From Candidatus Omnitrophota bacterium (GTDB taxonomy: Bacteria > Omnitrophota > Gorgyraeia > JAUYCX01), in assembly GCA_030692045.1 (NCBI GenBank), contig JAUYCX010000049.1, positions 106,643 through 170,642 on the forward strand: DNA of 64,000 nucleotides, written 5' to 3'. Positions 8,906 through 17,208 of the stretch are shown in pieces (position 1 is the first letter of the stretch; each line of letters starts with the position of its first letter). The position numbers and the translations under genes were made by a program. The notes beneath the pieces are model-generated. The model worked only from the letters and a program-made list of their open reading frames with translations, had not been told where the DNA came from and ran no database searches.

Positions 8906-10390
8906 ATGGATAAGCATAATATTCATAATTTAAATAAAAAAATAAATTATCTGGGAATTACGCTATTAGGATTATTTTCTTTGGGGTATTGTATATTTGA
9001 AAATTTATTTGCTGAGATAAATATACAACTTAATTTTCTGGATTTTCCCATATTCATAGGAGAGATATTATTTTTTTTCTGCTTAATCTTATTACTTATA
9101 AAATGGGCCATTAATAAAGAAAAAAATGTTTTTTTTAATTATGTCATATTTATTTACTTTTTATTTGTTCTGGTTAAGGCTTATGGAGGATATTTGGTGT
9201 GGGGGCCATTAGCCTTAAGGCACTCGGCTTTATTTTATTACCCTTTATTTGCTGTTTTTGGCTATTCATTTTTTAGGCTTGATTATTTCAGAGATAAAAG
9301 AAAATTAGCTTTAGTTTTAATTTTATTATTTATTTCCATTATTTTTACTATTAACTCGAGTTATAAGTTTATCTGTTTTATCTTGGCTTTTGTGCTTATA
9401 AAAACTTTCCCCAAAGGTTTATTAAAGTATCTGTTTTTATTTCTTTTTGTTGCTTTTGTTCCTTATAAAGATTTCTTGTCAGGTAAGAGAACAATGTGGA
9501 TAAGCAATATTGTATCCGGGATATTTTTGATAGTTACTTTAAATTTTATTTTTAAAATAAAAAGGTCTCATCGTTTGGTTTTGTATGGAATTCTGTGTCT
9601 GTTCTTTAGTATTGGTTTAATTAAGTTTGCAGATAAAAATGCCTTAAGCACTATTATAAATTTGAAAGAGAATTTCAGTCGCTTTAAGGTCTTGAATGAT
9701 ATGATTTTGGCACAAAAGGAAAATTTTATAATGAGTAACTTAGGAAAGCCTCGGCTTTATAACAAAGGCATAGAAACAGAGCCTCATATATATACAGAGC
9801 TTTCTAAAGAAAGTCCGGCTAAGCCGATATTGGAACAATCTTTACAAAAGCAACAGGATGAAACCCATGAATTTCTTCAACCTACCCTTCTTCAACCCAC
9901 CACTCCTATTGAACAAAAAACTAAAAATCTCGGAAAATTAGATACAAGTTATCTCAATAATTCTTTTCGAATATTTATCTGGCAGGATTTATTGGAGGCG
10001 CTTATTACTGAAAAACCAATCTTTGGATTTGATTTTGGCAAGCCCTTTCGCTCTAAAAGCATTGAAATTTTAAATATAGCTCACGGCGAATGGACAAGGG
10101 ATGGTTGGATAGCTGTTCACAATTCTTATTTAGAGATGATATATAGGGCCGGAATAATAGGCATTTTATTGGTAGTAACTACTTTTGTAATTTTGTTTAA
10201 AATGATTATGATTTCAATAAAATTAAAATTAATAAATGGGGTTTTACTTTGTGCAGTGCTTATAAATTGGATAATATCAGCCAGTTTTATGCCAGTTTTG
10301 GAATTACCATACAAGGCAATTCCATTTTGGATTTGTTTTGGGATGACTTTGTGTTATTTAAAGAATTATAAGAAAATCGCTTCGCGATAA
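8906..10390 (+). CDS. O-antigen ligase/polymerase family membrane protein (Wzy_C-type)
   Basis: 494 aa with many TM helices and a large hydrophilic loop. After the loop comes HGEWTRDGWIAVHNSYLEMIYRAGIIGILL, which resembles the conserved H..N.yLe...e.GiiG block of the Wzy_C domain. Confidence 0.65.
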   Translation: MDKHNIHNLNKKINYLGITLLGLFSLGYCIFENLFAEINIQLNFLDFPIFIGEILFFFCLILLLIKWAINKEKNVFFNYVIFIYFLFVLVKAYGGYLVWGPLALRHSALFYYPLFAVFGYSFFRLDYFRDKRKLALVLILLFISIIFTINSSYKFICFILAFVLIKTFPKGLLKYLFLFLFVAFVPYKDFLSGKRTMWISNIVSGIFLIVTLNFIFKIKRSHRLVLYGILCLFFSIGLIKFADKNALSTIINLKENFSRFKVLNDMILAQKENFIMSNLGKPRLYNKGIETEPHIYTELSKESPAKPILEQSLQKQQDETHEFLQPTLLQPTTPIEQKTKNLGKLDTSYLNNSFRIFIWQDLLEALITEKPIFGFDFGKPFRSKSIEILNIAHGEWTRDGWIAVHNSYLEMIYRAGIIGILLVVTTFVILFKMIMISIKLKLINGVLLCAVLINWIISASFMPVLELPYKAIPFWICFGMTLCYLKNYKKIASR

Positions 10391-10434
10391 GAAGCTATCT
10401 TTGGCGTAGACTACCAATAGGACATAGTACTATT

Positions 10435-11766
10435 ATGAATTTCTCAAAAGGATTTATAAAATATGCAAAAAATACAGGTTATTTATTAGTCGGAAAGATT
10501 ATTAAACTATTTGTTACATTTACTGTTGGTGTATGTCTTATTAGGTATTTAGGGCCTACACAATATGGGCTTCTTAGCTATGCGATAAGTTTTACGCTTT
10601 TATTCAATGTATTATCCGACTTAGGATTAGATTACATTATTGTTAGAGATTTAGTAAAAAGCAAAGGGGAAAATGAGAGAAATGAGATGTTGATTTCGGC
10701 TTTTTTGTTGAAATTATTAGGGGCCGTGCTCGTTGTTGTGATTATACTGATAGCAATTAATGTTTTATCCTTTAGTTCATATACAAAGGTACTTATTTTT
10801 ATCATATCCTTAGGGATGTTGTTTGAGCCGTTCAATGTTATAGACCTTTATTTTCAATCAAAGGTGCTTGCTAAGTTTATAGTTTATCCTCAGATATTTT
10901 CTCTGGCTATAGCATCTTCTCTGAATTTGTTATTTATTTATCTCAAACTACCCTTGATATATCTTGCCTGTATTGTAATTCTTGAGACCATAATCACGGG
11001 TATCGGTTTATATATTTCCTTTAAACTTAATAAACAAAAGATTTTTGTATTAAAATGGAGAGTTATCTTAGCGAAAATGAGGCAATTATTAAGAGACTCT
11101 TGGCCGTTAATTATATCTTGTATTGCGATTTCAATATATATGCATATAGACCAGGTAATGATTAAGGCGATGTTAAATACTGCCGAAGTTGGGTATTATG
11201 CTGTCGCGGTAAAAATATGTGAAATTTTTTATACTATCCCGATGATCTTGACTGCTTCTTTATTCCCGGCAATTATAAATGCAAAATTAAAAGATAAAGA
11301 GCTATATTATGACAGATTGCAGAAATTATTTAGGTTTCTTTTTTGGACTGCTGTAGCCATATCGATATCGATAACTATAGCCGCCAAGCCAATGATAAAT
11401 ATCTTATACGGCCATGAATTTTCTGCTGCTGCAAAAGTATTAAGCATATACATATGGGCAAGCGTATTTATTTTTCTGGGCGTAGCAAGCGGAAAATGGG
11501 TTATTAATGAAAATTTACAGGTATATATTATGTTTTATACGATAATCGGAGCAGTTGTAAACGTAATTTTAAATTTACTATTAATACCTGCGATGGGTAT
11601 AAATGGTGCGGCAATTGCCGCCGTTATTTCTCAACTTATTTCTGCTGTGTTCTGTAATTTGCTGAACAAAAAAACAAGAATAATTTTTTTACTCCAAATG
11701 AAATCGTTTAATGCAATAACAGCATGGAGACTATGTAGGAAATATATTTTTGAATCAAGCACATAA
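10435..11766 (+). CDS. wzx: Wzx-type polysaccharide flippase (MOP/PST family)
   Basis: 443 aa with about 12 TM helices. It shows the typical PST-family N-terminus (KNTGYLLVGKIIKLFVTF..RYLGP..YGLLSYA) and a C-terminal half with GINGAAIAAVISQ. Confidence 0.75.
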   Translation: MNFSKGFIKYAKNTGYLLVGKIIKLFVTFTVGVCLIRYLGPTQYGLLSYAISFTLLFNVLSDLGLDYIIVRDLVKSKGENERNEMLISAFLLKLLGAVLVVVIILIAINVLSFSSYTKVLIFIISLGMLFEPFNVIDLYFQSKVLAKFIVYPQIFSLAIASSLNLLFIYLKLPLIYLACIVILETIITGIGLYISFKLNKQKIFVLKWRVILAKMRQLLRDSWPLIISCIAISIYMHIDQVMIKAMLNTAEVGYYAVAVKICEIFYTIPMILTASLFPAIINAKLKDKELYYDRLQKLFRFLFWTAVAISISITIAAKPMINILYGHEFSAAAKVLSIYIWASVFIFLGVASGKWVINENLQVYIMFYTIIGAVVNVILNLLLIPAMGINGAAIAAVISQLISAVFCNLLNKKTRIIFLLQMKSFNAITAWRLCRKYIFESST

Positions 11767-11786
11767 CATGTGCGCATAGTTTATTT

Positions 11787-12974
11787 ATGAAAAACAGGAT
11801 TAATAAATTAATAAATATAATAACTGTCGTTGTTCTATTAGCCAGTGGGGTTGTTTTATTAGAAATGATGGCCAGACTTGCTTGGCATTATAAATATAAC
11901 AAATGGCTGGAAAAAGAGTTGCATGGATTTGAGCGCATAGATTATAGAAGGGGAATTATCATCCCTAAAGAGAATACCATAGAAACAGTAAAGAGCTACA
12001 AAGAAGACTTAATGAAATTTGGGAAGACTCTTGGTTTGAAATATTTTTATGAAACAGCCCCATATCTCACTTCACAAGATGATTCAACAGTACTCTTTAG
12101 TAACAATAAATATGGTTTTAAGGGGCCAGAAATTTCTATGCCGAAGCCGGATTCGGTTTTTAGAATTTTAACTATTGGGGATTCATGTACATGGGGGCCG
12201 CCGAGTGATTATTATTCTTATCCGCGAATTATGGAAAGGGAATTGAGTCGTTTAATTGATAATAAATTTAGAATAGAAGTAGTCAATGCTGGAGTTTACG
12301 GATATAATTTTGAACGCGTTATAAAAAGAATAGATGAGTTTTTAGCTATCGACCCAGATTTAATTATAATATATCTTGGGTGGAATAGAACTATTTTTAG
12401 GGCGGATATTCAAAAAAATATGTTTCTGTATCGTAATCTTGCATTATATAAAATTTTTTACCATCTTGTAGTAAATCGAAAAGATACAGGCTTAAATGAA
12501 GATTATAGTAAAACTACCTTTTATAATACTCGAGCAATTGAAAATAACAAGTTTCAAGCCTATAATTTTAACTATGATATCAATGATCTTGATGTAATTA
12601 TAAGAAAAATAAAGGATAAGAATAAATCCATAAAGGTTATGCTAATTACTTTAGCGGGATTATTTGATTTGAGAGTAAATCCTGATCAGCGTAGTTTGGA
12701 CATCGGATATCCAATAGCATCTACCAATAATTTATACATATTGTCGTTATTAACCGCAAAGTTCAATAGCGAGTTGAGAAATTACGCTCGAAGTGAAGGG
12801 TTGCCTATAATCGATTTCGAACTATATGCACTTGAGAATTTTGTACCAAGAAGCAGATATTTTTTTGATTCTGTTCATCCCACGATTGAAGGTTATCTAA
12901 AGATGGGCAGATTTTTCGCAAATGAGATTATAAGAATTCTTAATTTGCAAAAGGTAAAAGAAGGGCATTATTAG
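11787..12974 (+). CDS. Membrane-anchored SGNH/GDSL hydrolase-type esterase
   Basis: 395 aa with an N-terminal hydrophobic anchor. Block I is ILTIGDSCTWG, a GxND-like block is NAGVYGYN, and block V is FDSVHPT (DxxH). Confidence 0.7.
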   Translation: MKNRINKLINIITVVVLLASGVVLLEMMARLAWHYKYNKWLEKELHGFERIDYRRGIIIPKENTIETVKSYKEDLMKFGKTLGLKYFYETAPYLTSQDDSTVLFSNNKYGFKGPEISMPKPDSVFRILTIGDSCTWGPPSDYYSYPRIMERELSRLIDNKFRIEVVNAGVYGYNFERVIKRIDEFLAIDPDLIIIYLGWNRTIFRADIQKNMFLYRNLALYKIFYHLVVNRKDTGLNEDYSKTTFYNTRAIENNKFQAYNFNYDINDLDVIIRKIKDKNKSIKVMLITLAGLFDLRVNPDQRSLDIGYPIASTNNLYILSLLTAKFNSELRNYARSEGLPIIDFELYALENFVPRSRYFFDSVHPTIEGYLKMGRFFANEIIRILNLQKVKEGHY

Positions 12975-12980
12975 AGAATT

Positions 12981-14876
12981 ATGTGCGGAATATGCGGAAT
13001 TTATAATTTTAATAAAAAAGCTCAGGTTAATCCTGAGCATTTACGGCAGATGTGTGAAGTGATGCGCCACCGTGGGCCGGATGACCAAGGTTTTTATGTA
13101 AACCAAAACCTTGGATTAGGGCATCTACGCCTAAGTATTATTGATATTGTCGGCGGACATCAGCCGATGTTTAACGAAAACAATTCTATTTTAATTGTTC
13201 ATAATGGCGAAATTTATAATTTTTTAGAACTAAGAGAAGAGCTTCTTTCGCACGGGCACATTTTTAAAACTAATTCAGACACCGAGGTCATTATTCATGC
13301 CTACGAAGAATATGGAAAAGAATGTGTGAATAAATTCAACGGGATGTGGGCTTTTGTTATCTGGGATAAAAATGAAGAAACTTTATTTTGTTCGCGCGAT
13401 AGGTTTGGAATAAAGCCTTTCTATTATTACTATGATGGTAATAAATTTATATTCGCCTCTGAAATAAAAACATTTTTCGTGTTAGTTGATATAGAAAAAC
13501 TTGAGAATTTTAAAAAAACTTATGAATATATTGTGTATGGAAACCAGGACAGCTTTGAAGAAACAATGTTTAGGGGTATATATCAGCTAAAAGCTGGCCA
13601 CAACTTAATTTTAAAAAATAAGCGAATTAATATATATCGTTACTGGGATTTAAAAGATAGCCCGAATAATTATGACTTAGAATTTAAGAACAAGGAAAAA
13701 CTGTATAGCCAGTTTAGGGATTTATTATTTAGTTCGGTATTGTTACATAGGCATAGCGATGTTGATGTTTGGACCTTATTAAGCGGGGGGCTGGATTCTT
13801 CAGCATTGGTCTGCGTTCAGAAACAGATGAAAGAGCAGGGCCTTATTAATTCCCCAATAAAAACCATATCCATTGTTCACGAGCAAAAAGAAATTAACGA
13901 ATATGAATATGTAAAAGAGGTGCTTGATAGTGATAATATAATAAATTATGCAATTAATTGCGATGAAGGCGATGTTGTTAGTTCGCTTGAAAAAGTTGTT
14001 TATATCCAAGACGAGCCCTTTTCTCAAATGATTACTTTTAATCATTATTTTTTAATGAAGAAACTTTCAGAAAATAGAATAAAAGTTGTTTTAAGCGGTC
14101 AAGGCGCGGATGAATGTTTAGCCGGATACCTTCCGTTATTATCCAGTTACTATTTTGCTGATTTATTAAGATCATTTAAGATTTTAAAATTGCTAGAAGA
14201 AATGAAACATTGTATAAAAAGAAATAACCCGGTTTTTTACCCCATGCCTTTACTTTTGATGCAGATGATAAAAAGCATAGTTTCAAGAAGGCTGGCAAGT
14301 TTTATTAAAGCAAAATTTGTTGAGAAAAGTTTAGGTTTTATTTCTAAAGAATTCAATAAATTTGAAAGAAATATCTCACTGTTTATTCAAACCAAAAAAA
14401 ACTTTAGTATTCTTAATAACAATTTGTATCGAATGTTAATGAACGATTCTTTGCCGCGCATTTTACGCCTGGAAGACCGAAATTCAATGTCTTTTTCTAT
14501 CGAAGAGAGGGTTCCTTTTTTAGATTATCGCCTTGTGGAATTTTTCTTTTCGCTTTCAAATTCTCAAAAAATAGATAATGGTGTATCAAAGAAAATTCTT
14601 AGAGAAAGTTTAAAAGGTATTTTACCTGAAAAAATACGCACGAGAATAACCAAATTGGGTTTTAATGCGCCGGAAAAAGAATGGTTAAGATCAGAAAAAT
14701 TATTTTCATATTTACAGGATATTAATTATAAGCAAATTCTTTCAACGGGGCTTATAGATAGAAATTTATTTGAAACTGAATTTAAAAAATTTCGAGAAGG
14801 GACTTCGCCTTACAGACCGGTTATTTGGCGCGCTGTTAATTATATTATTTGGAAAAAAGTTTATGGCATTGCTTAA
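12981..14876 (+). CDS. Asparagine synthase-family glutamine amidotransferase (AsnB-like, copy 1)
   Basis: 631 aa. MCGICGI supplies the N-terminal nucleophile Cys2 of class II glutaminases. LLSGGLDSSALV is the PP-loop of the synthetase domain. Confidence 0.9.
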   Translation: MCGICGIYNFNKKAQVNPEHLRQMCEVMRHRGPDDQGFYVNQNLGLGHLRLSIIDIVGGHQPMFNENNSILIVHNGEIYNFLELREELLSHGHIFKTNSDTEVIIHAYEEYGKECVNKFNGMWAFVIWDKNEETLFCSRDRFGIKPFYYYYDGNKFIFASEIKTFFVLVDIEKLENFKKTYEYIVYGNQDSFEETMFRGIYQLKAGHNLILKNKRINIYRYWDLKDSPNNYDLEFKNKEKLYSQFRDLLFSSVLLHRHSDVDVWTLLSGGLDSSALVCVQKQMKEQGLINSPIKTISIVHEQKEINEYEYVKEVLDSDNIINYAINCDEGDVVSSLEKVVYIQDEPFSQMITFNHYFLMKKLSENRIKVVLSGQGADECLAGYLPLLSSYYFADLLRSFKILKLLEEMKHCIKRNNPVFYPMPLLLMQMIKSIVSRRLASFIKAKFVEKSLGFISKEFNKFERNISLFIQTKKNFSILNNNLYRMLMNDSLPRILRLEDRNSMSFSIEERVPFLDYRLVEFFFSLSNSQKIDNGVSKKILRESLKGILPEKIRTRITKLGFNAPEKEWLRSEKLFSYLQDINYKQILSTGLIDRNLFETEFKKFREGTSPYRPVIWRAVNYIIWKKVYGIA

Positions 14877-14914
14877 AAGATATTGGTTGTAACTTGGCAA
14901 GTATTGGATCTAAT

Positions 14915-16075
14915 ATGCAAAAGAAAGTAACATTTGTTACTCATGTATGCACTCATTATACGATAAAGCTTTTTGAACTCCTATCAGAAAAGCATAAGTT
15001 TAAGTTTTATTTTACCGGAAGCGGTAGAAATTATAGGGATAAGAATAACGAAGTTCCTTGTGGGAATTTTGACGGTAAGTATCTTAAGGGGGTCTTTATA
15101 TTCCCTAAGTTTGGAATGACATTTGGTTTATTTAAAATATTATTTGAAAAACAGGATATTTTTATCAAGACTATTGTTGATAGGTTTGCCTTGCCTTTTG
15201 TTTTTTTGGTTGCAAAAATTTTAATAAAGCCTTTTATTTTATGGACAGGCATGTGGATGCATCCTAACACATTTTTTCATAAGATATCATATGGTTTTAC
15301 GAAGTTCATCTATCGACATTCTGACGCTATAATCGTGTATGGCGAGCATGTGAAGCGGTATCTTGTTGGGCTGGGTATTGATACAGAGAAAATATTTATT
15401 GCTCCACATTCAGTAGACAATACTCTTTTTGATTTGACGGCGAGTGATGTAGAAAAGTCTCAACTGAAGAAGAATTTAGGTCTTAACGGAGGCAAGATTA
15501 TCCTTTGCGTAGGTCGCTTAGAAGAATGCAAAGGACATAAGTATCTAATTGAAGCTATTGCGATGATTAAAGATATACCTGTAACTTTGCTTCTAATCGG
15601 CCGAGGTTCAAAAAAAGACGCTCTAGAACAACAGTGTAAGTCATCCTCTATTAAGTATCGATTTTTAGGCTATGTCCCCAACGATCAACTTTACCGATAT
15701 TTTTCTATAGCCGAGATTTTCGTGCTACCTTCAATTACGACTAAAGATTTTAAAGAACCTTGGGGTTTAGTCATTAATGAGGCCATGAATCAAGGTTGTC
15801 CTATTATTGCTACAGATGCTGTTGGAGCTGCGGCCGGAGGTTTGGTTGAAAACGGGAAAAATGGCTTAATTGTTCCTGAGAAGAATAGTTTAGCTTTAAA
15901 AGAGGCAATAGAAGCTTTGTTAAGAGACCAGAAGTTGAGAGATCAGATGAGCCAGTCTTCCAGAGAAAGAATAAAAAAATGGTCAATAGAAAAAATGGTT
16001 ACAGGGTTTATTAGTGCAATTGATTTTGTTAGTCAGCCACCACAAAAGGATTCGGTTGGGCTTTTTCAATCATAA
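14915..16075 (+). CDS. GT4 (GT-B fold) glycosyltransferase
   Basis: GRLEECKGHKYLIEA .. LLLIGRGSKK .. EPWGLVINEAMNQGCPIIATDAVG..GLVENGKNGLIV is the GT4 E-x7-E region. I prefer the ATG at 14915 (MQKKVTFVTH) to the track start at 14849, which overlaps the asnB-like gene. Confidence 0.85.
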   Translation: MQKKVTFVTHVCTHYTIKLFELLSEKHKFKFYFTGSGRNYRDKNNEVPCGNFDGKYLKGVFIFPKFGMTFGLFKILFEKQDIFIKTIVDRFALPFVFLVAKILIKPFILWTGMWMHPNTFFHKISYGFTKFIYRHSDAIIVYGEHVKRYLVGLGIDTEKIFIAPHSVDNTLFDLTASDVEKSQLKKNLGLNGGKIILCVGRLEECKGHKYLIEAIAMIKDIPVTLLLIGRGSKKDALEQQCKSSSIKYRFLGYVPNDQLYRYFSIAEIFVLPSITTKDFKEPWGLVINEAMNQGCPIIATDAVGAAAGGLVENGKNGLIVPEKNSLALKEAIEALLRDQKLRDQMSQSSRERIKKWSIEKMVTGFISAIDFVSQPPQKDSVGLFQS

Positions 16076-16102
16076 TTTGGACATGAGTGAGTAGCAGTAT
16101 AA

Positions 16103-17065
16103 ATGAAAACGAATTCTAAAAAAACATTAATTTCAATTGTAGCTACCTTTTTCAACGAAGAAGGGAATCTAGGGCCCTTATATTCTAAGGTTAAAGAAGT
16201 TTTTGAGAATATTGACTATGAATTCGAATTAATCTTAATCGATGATGCTAGCGAAGATGATTCGCTTGAAATTGCCAGGAAATTGCGCCTAAAAGATCCT
16301 CGGGTAAAAATTTTGTCGCTTACCCGGCGTTTCGGACATCAGGCATCGCTATCTGCCGGCATAGATTATGCTGAGGGTGATGCAGTGATTTTAATGGATT
16401 CTGATTTACAGCATCCGCCCGAAGTCATTCCAGAACTGCTTAAGAAATGGCGCGAGGGTTATGAAAATGTCTATACTATTCGTAAGGTTACAAAGAACAA
16501 TCCCTTCTTTAAAAAGTTTTGTTCCGTTATTTTTTATCGAATTTTTCGCGCCTTAACAAAGATAGACCTGCCTATGAACAGCGCTGATTTTCGGCTGTTG
16601 GATAGAAAAGTAGTTTTGCAGCTTAGAAAAATCCAAGAAAGAAATCGTTTTTTAAGAGGAATCATTGCTTGGACAGGGTTTAGGTCGGTTGGCATAGATT
16701 ATCAAGATGCACCGCGGCATAGCGGAGAGATAAAGTATGGCTTCAAAAAGAAGCTTTTTTTAGCCATAGATGCCGTTACTTCTTTTAGCATCAAGCCTCT
16801 TTATTTAGGAGTTGTTATTGGTTTTATTTTTGCGGTTTTGGGTTTTGTCTATTTTGTCTATGTACTATATATTTCAATTTTTACTGATACAGATATCCCT
16901 GGTTGGGCCTCCGTAGCTTCCTTATTATCTATATTAGGCGGCATTCAATTAATTGTTGTGGGATTAATCGGAATTTATATAGGTAAAATTTTTGAGGAGG
17001 TTAAACAGCGCCCGCTATACTTAATTCGCTATGCTAAAGGTTTTGACAAAAAAATACTTGAGTAA
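16103..17065 (+). CDS. GT2 polyprenyl-phosphate glycosyltransferase (GtrB/ArnC-like)
   Basis: 320 aa. The series ISIVATFFNEEGNL .. LILIDDASEDDS .. ILMDSDLQHPPE, plus two C-terminal TM helices (LYLGVVIGFIFAVLGFV, LLSILGGIQLIVVGLIGIYI), is the architecture of bactoprenol-phosphate sugar synthases. Confidence 0.8.
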   Translation: MKTNSKKTLISIVATFFNEEGNLGPLYSKVKEVFENIDYEFELILIDDASEDDSLEIARKLRLKDPRVKILSLTRRFGHQASLSAGIDYAEGDAVILMDSDLQHPPEVIPELLKKWREGYENVYTIRKVTKNNPFFKKFCSVIFYRIFRALTKIDLPMNSADFRLLDRKVVLQLRKIQERNRFLRGIIAWTGFRSVGIDYQDAPRHSGEIKYGFKKKLFLAIDAVTSFSIKPLYLGVVIGFIFAVLGFVYFVYVLYISIFTDTDIPGWASVASLLSILGGIQLIVVGLIGIYIGKIFEEVKQRPLYLIRYAKGFDKKILE

Positions 17066-17090
17066 TAATTTAGAAGTATTAGAAAAGGTT

Positions 17091-17166
17091 TGAGTGAGTA
17101 AAGGTAAGAGAGTAAATAATAAAAAACATTAGTTTCAATTGTGGCCGTTTTTCAATAGTGAGCCCT
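17091..17166 (+). repeat. Decayed copy of the RBS/5' end of the GtrB-like GT2 gene (source 16084-16178)
   Basis: TGAGTGAGTA .. AAAAAACATTAgTTTCAATTGTgGC .. TTTTTCAA .. GCCCT at 17091-17166 parallels TGAGTGAGTA .. AAAAAACATTAaTTTCAATTGTaGC .. TTTTTCAA .. GCCCT at 16084-16178. The downstream copy has an in-frame stop and indels. Confidence 0.6.
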
Positions 17167-17208
17167 AAAAAATAAGAAGTAAAATAACAATGTGGATAGT
17201 TGAATATT

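Noticed and set aside
9064-9080. Homopolymeric A8/T8 runs inside surface-glycan genes, considered as contingency (phase-variable) loci. Examples lie near 9071, 29949, 37041, 40738, 43451 and 50758.
   Set aside because: Runs of this length are common throughout this AT-rich window, both in genes and in spacers. Nothing distinguishes these runs from the compositional background.
9668-10031. The Q/P/T-rich hydrophilic stretch of about 120 aa in the 8906 Wzy_C protein (..LQKQQDETHEFLQPTLLQPTTPIEQK..), considered as a separate inserted domain or a gene fusion.
   Set aside because: O-antigen ligases and polymerases normally have a large periplasmic loop just before the conserved His-containing block. 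The reading frame is continuous and the loop sits in the expected position.
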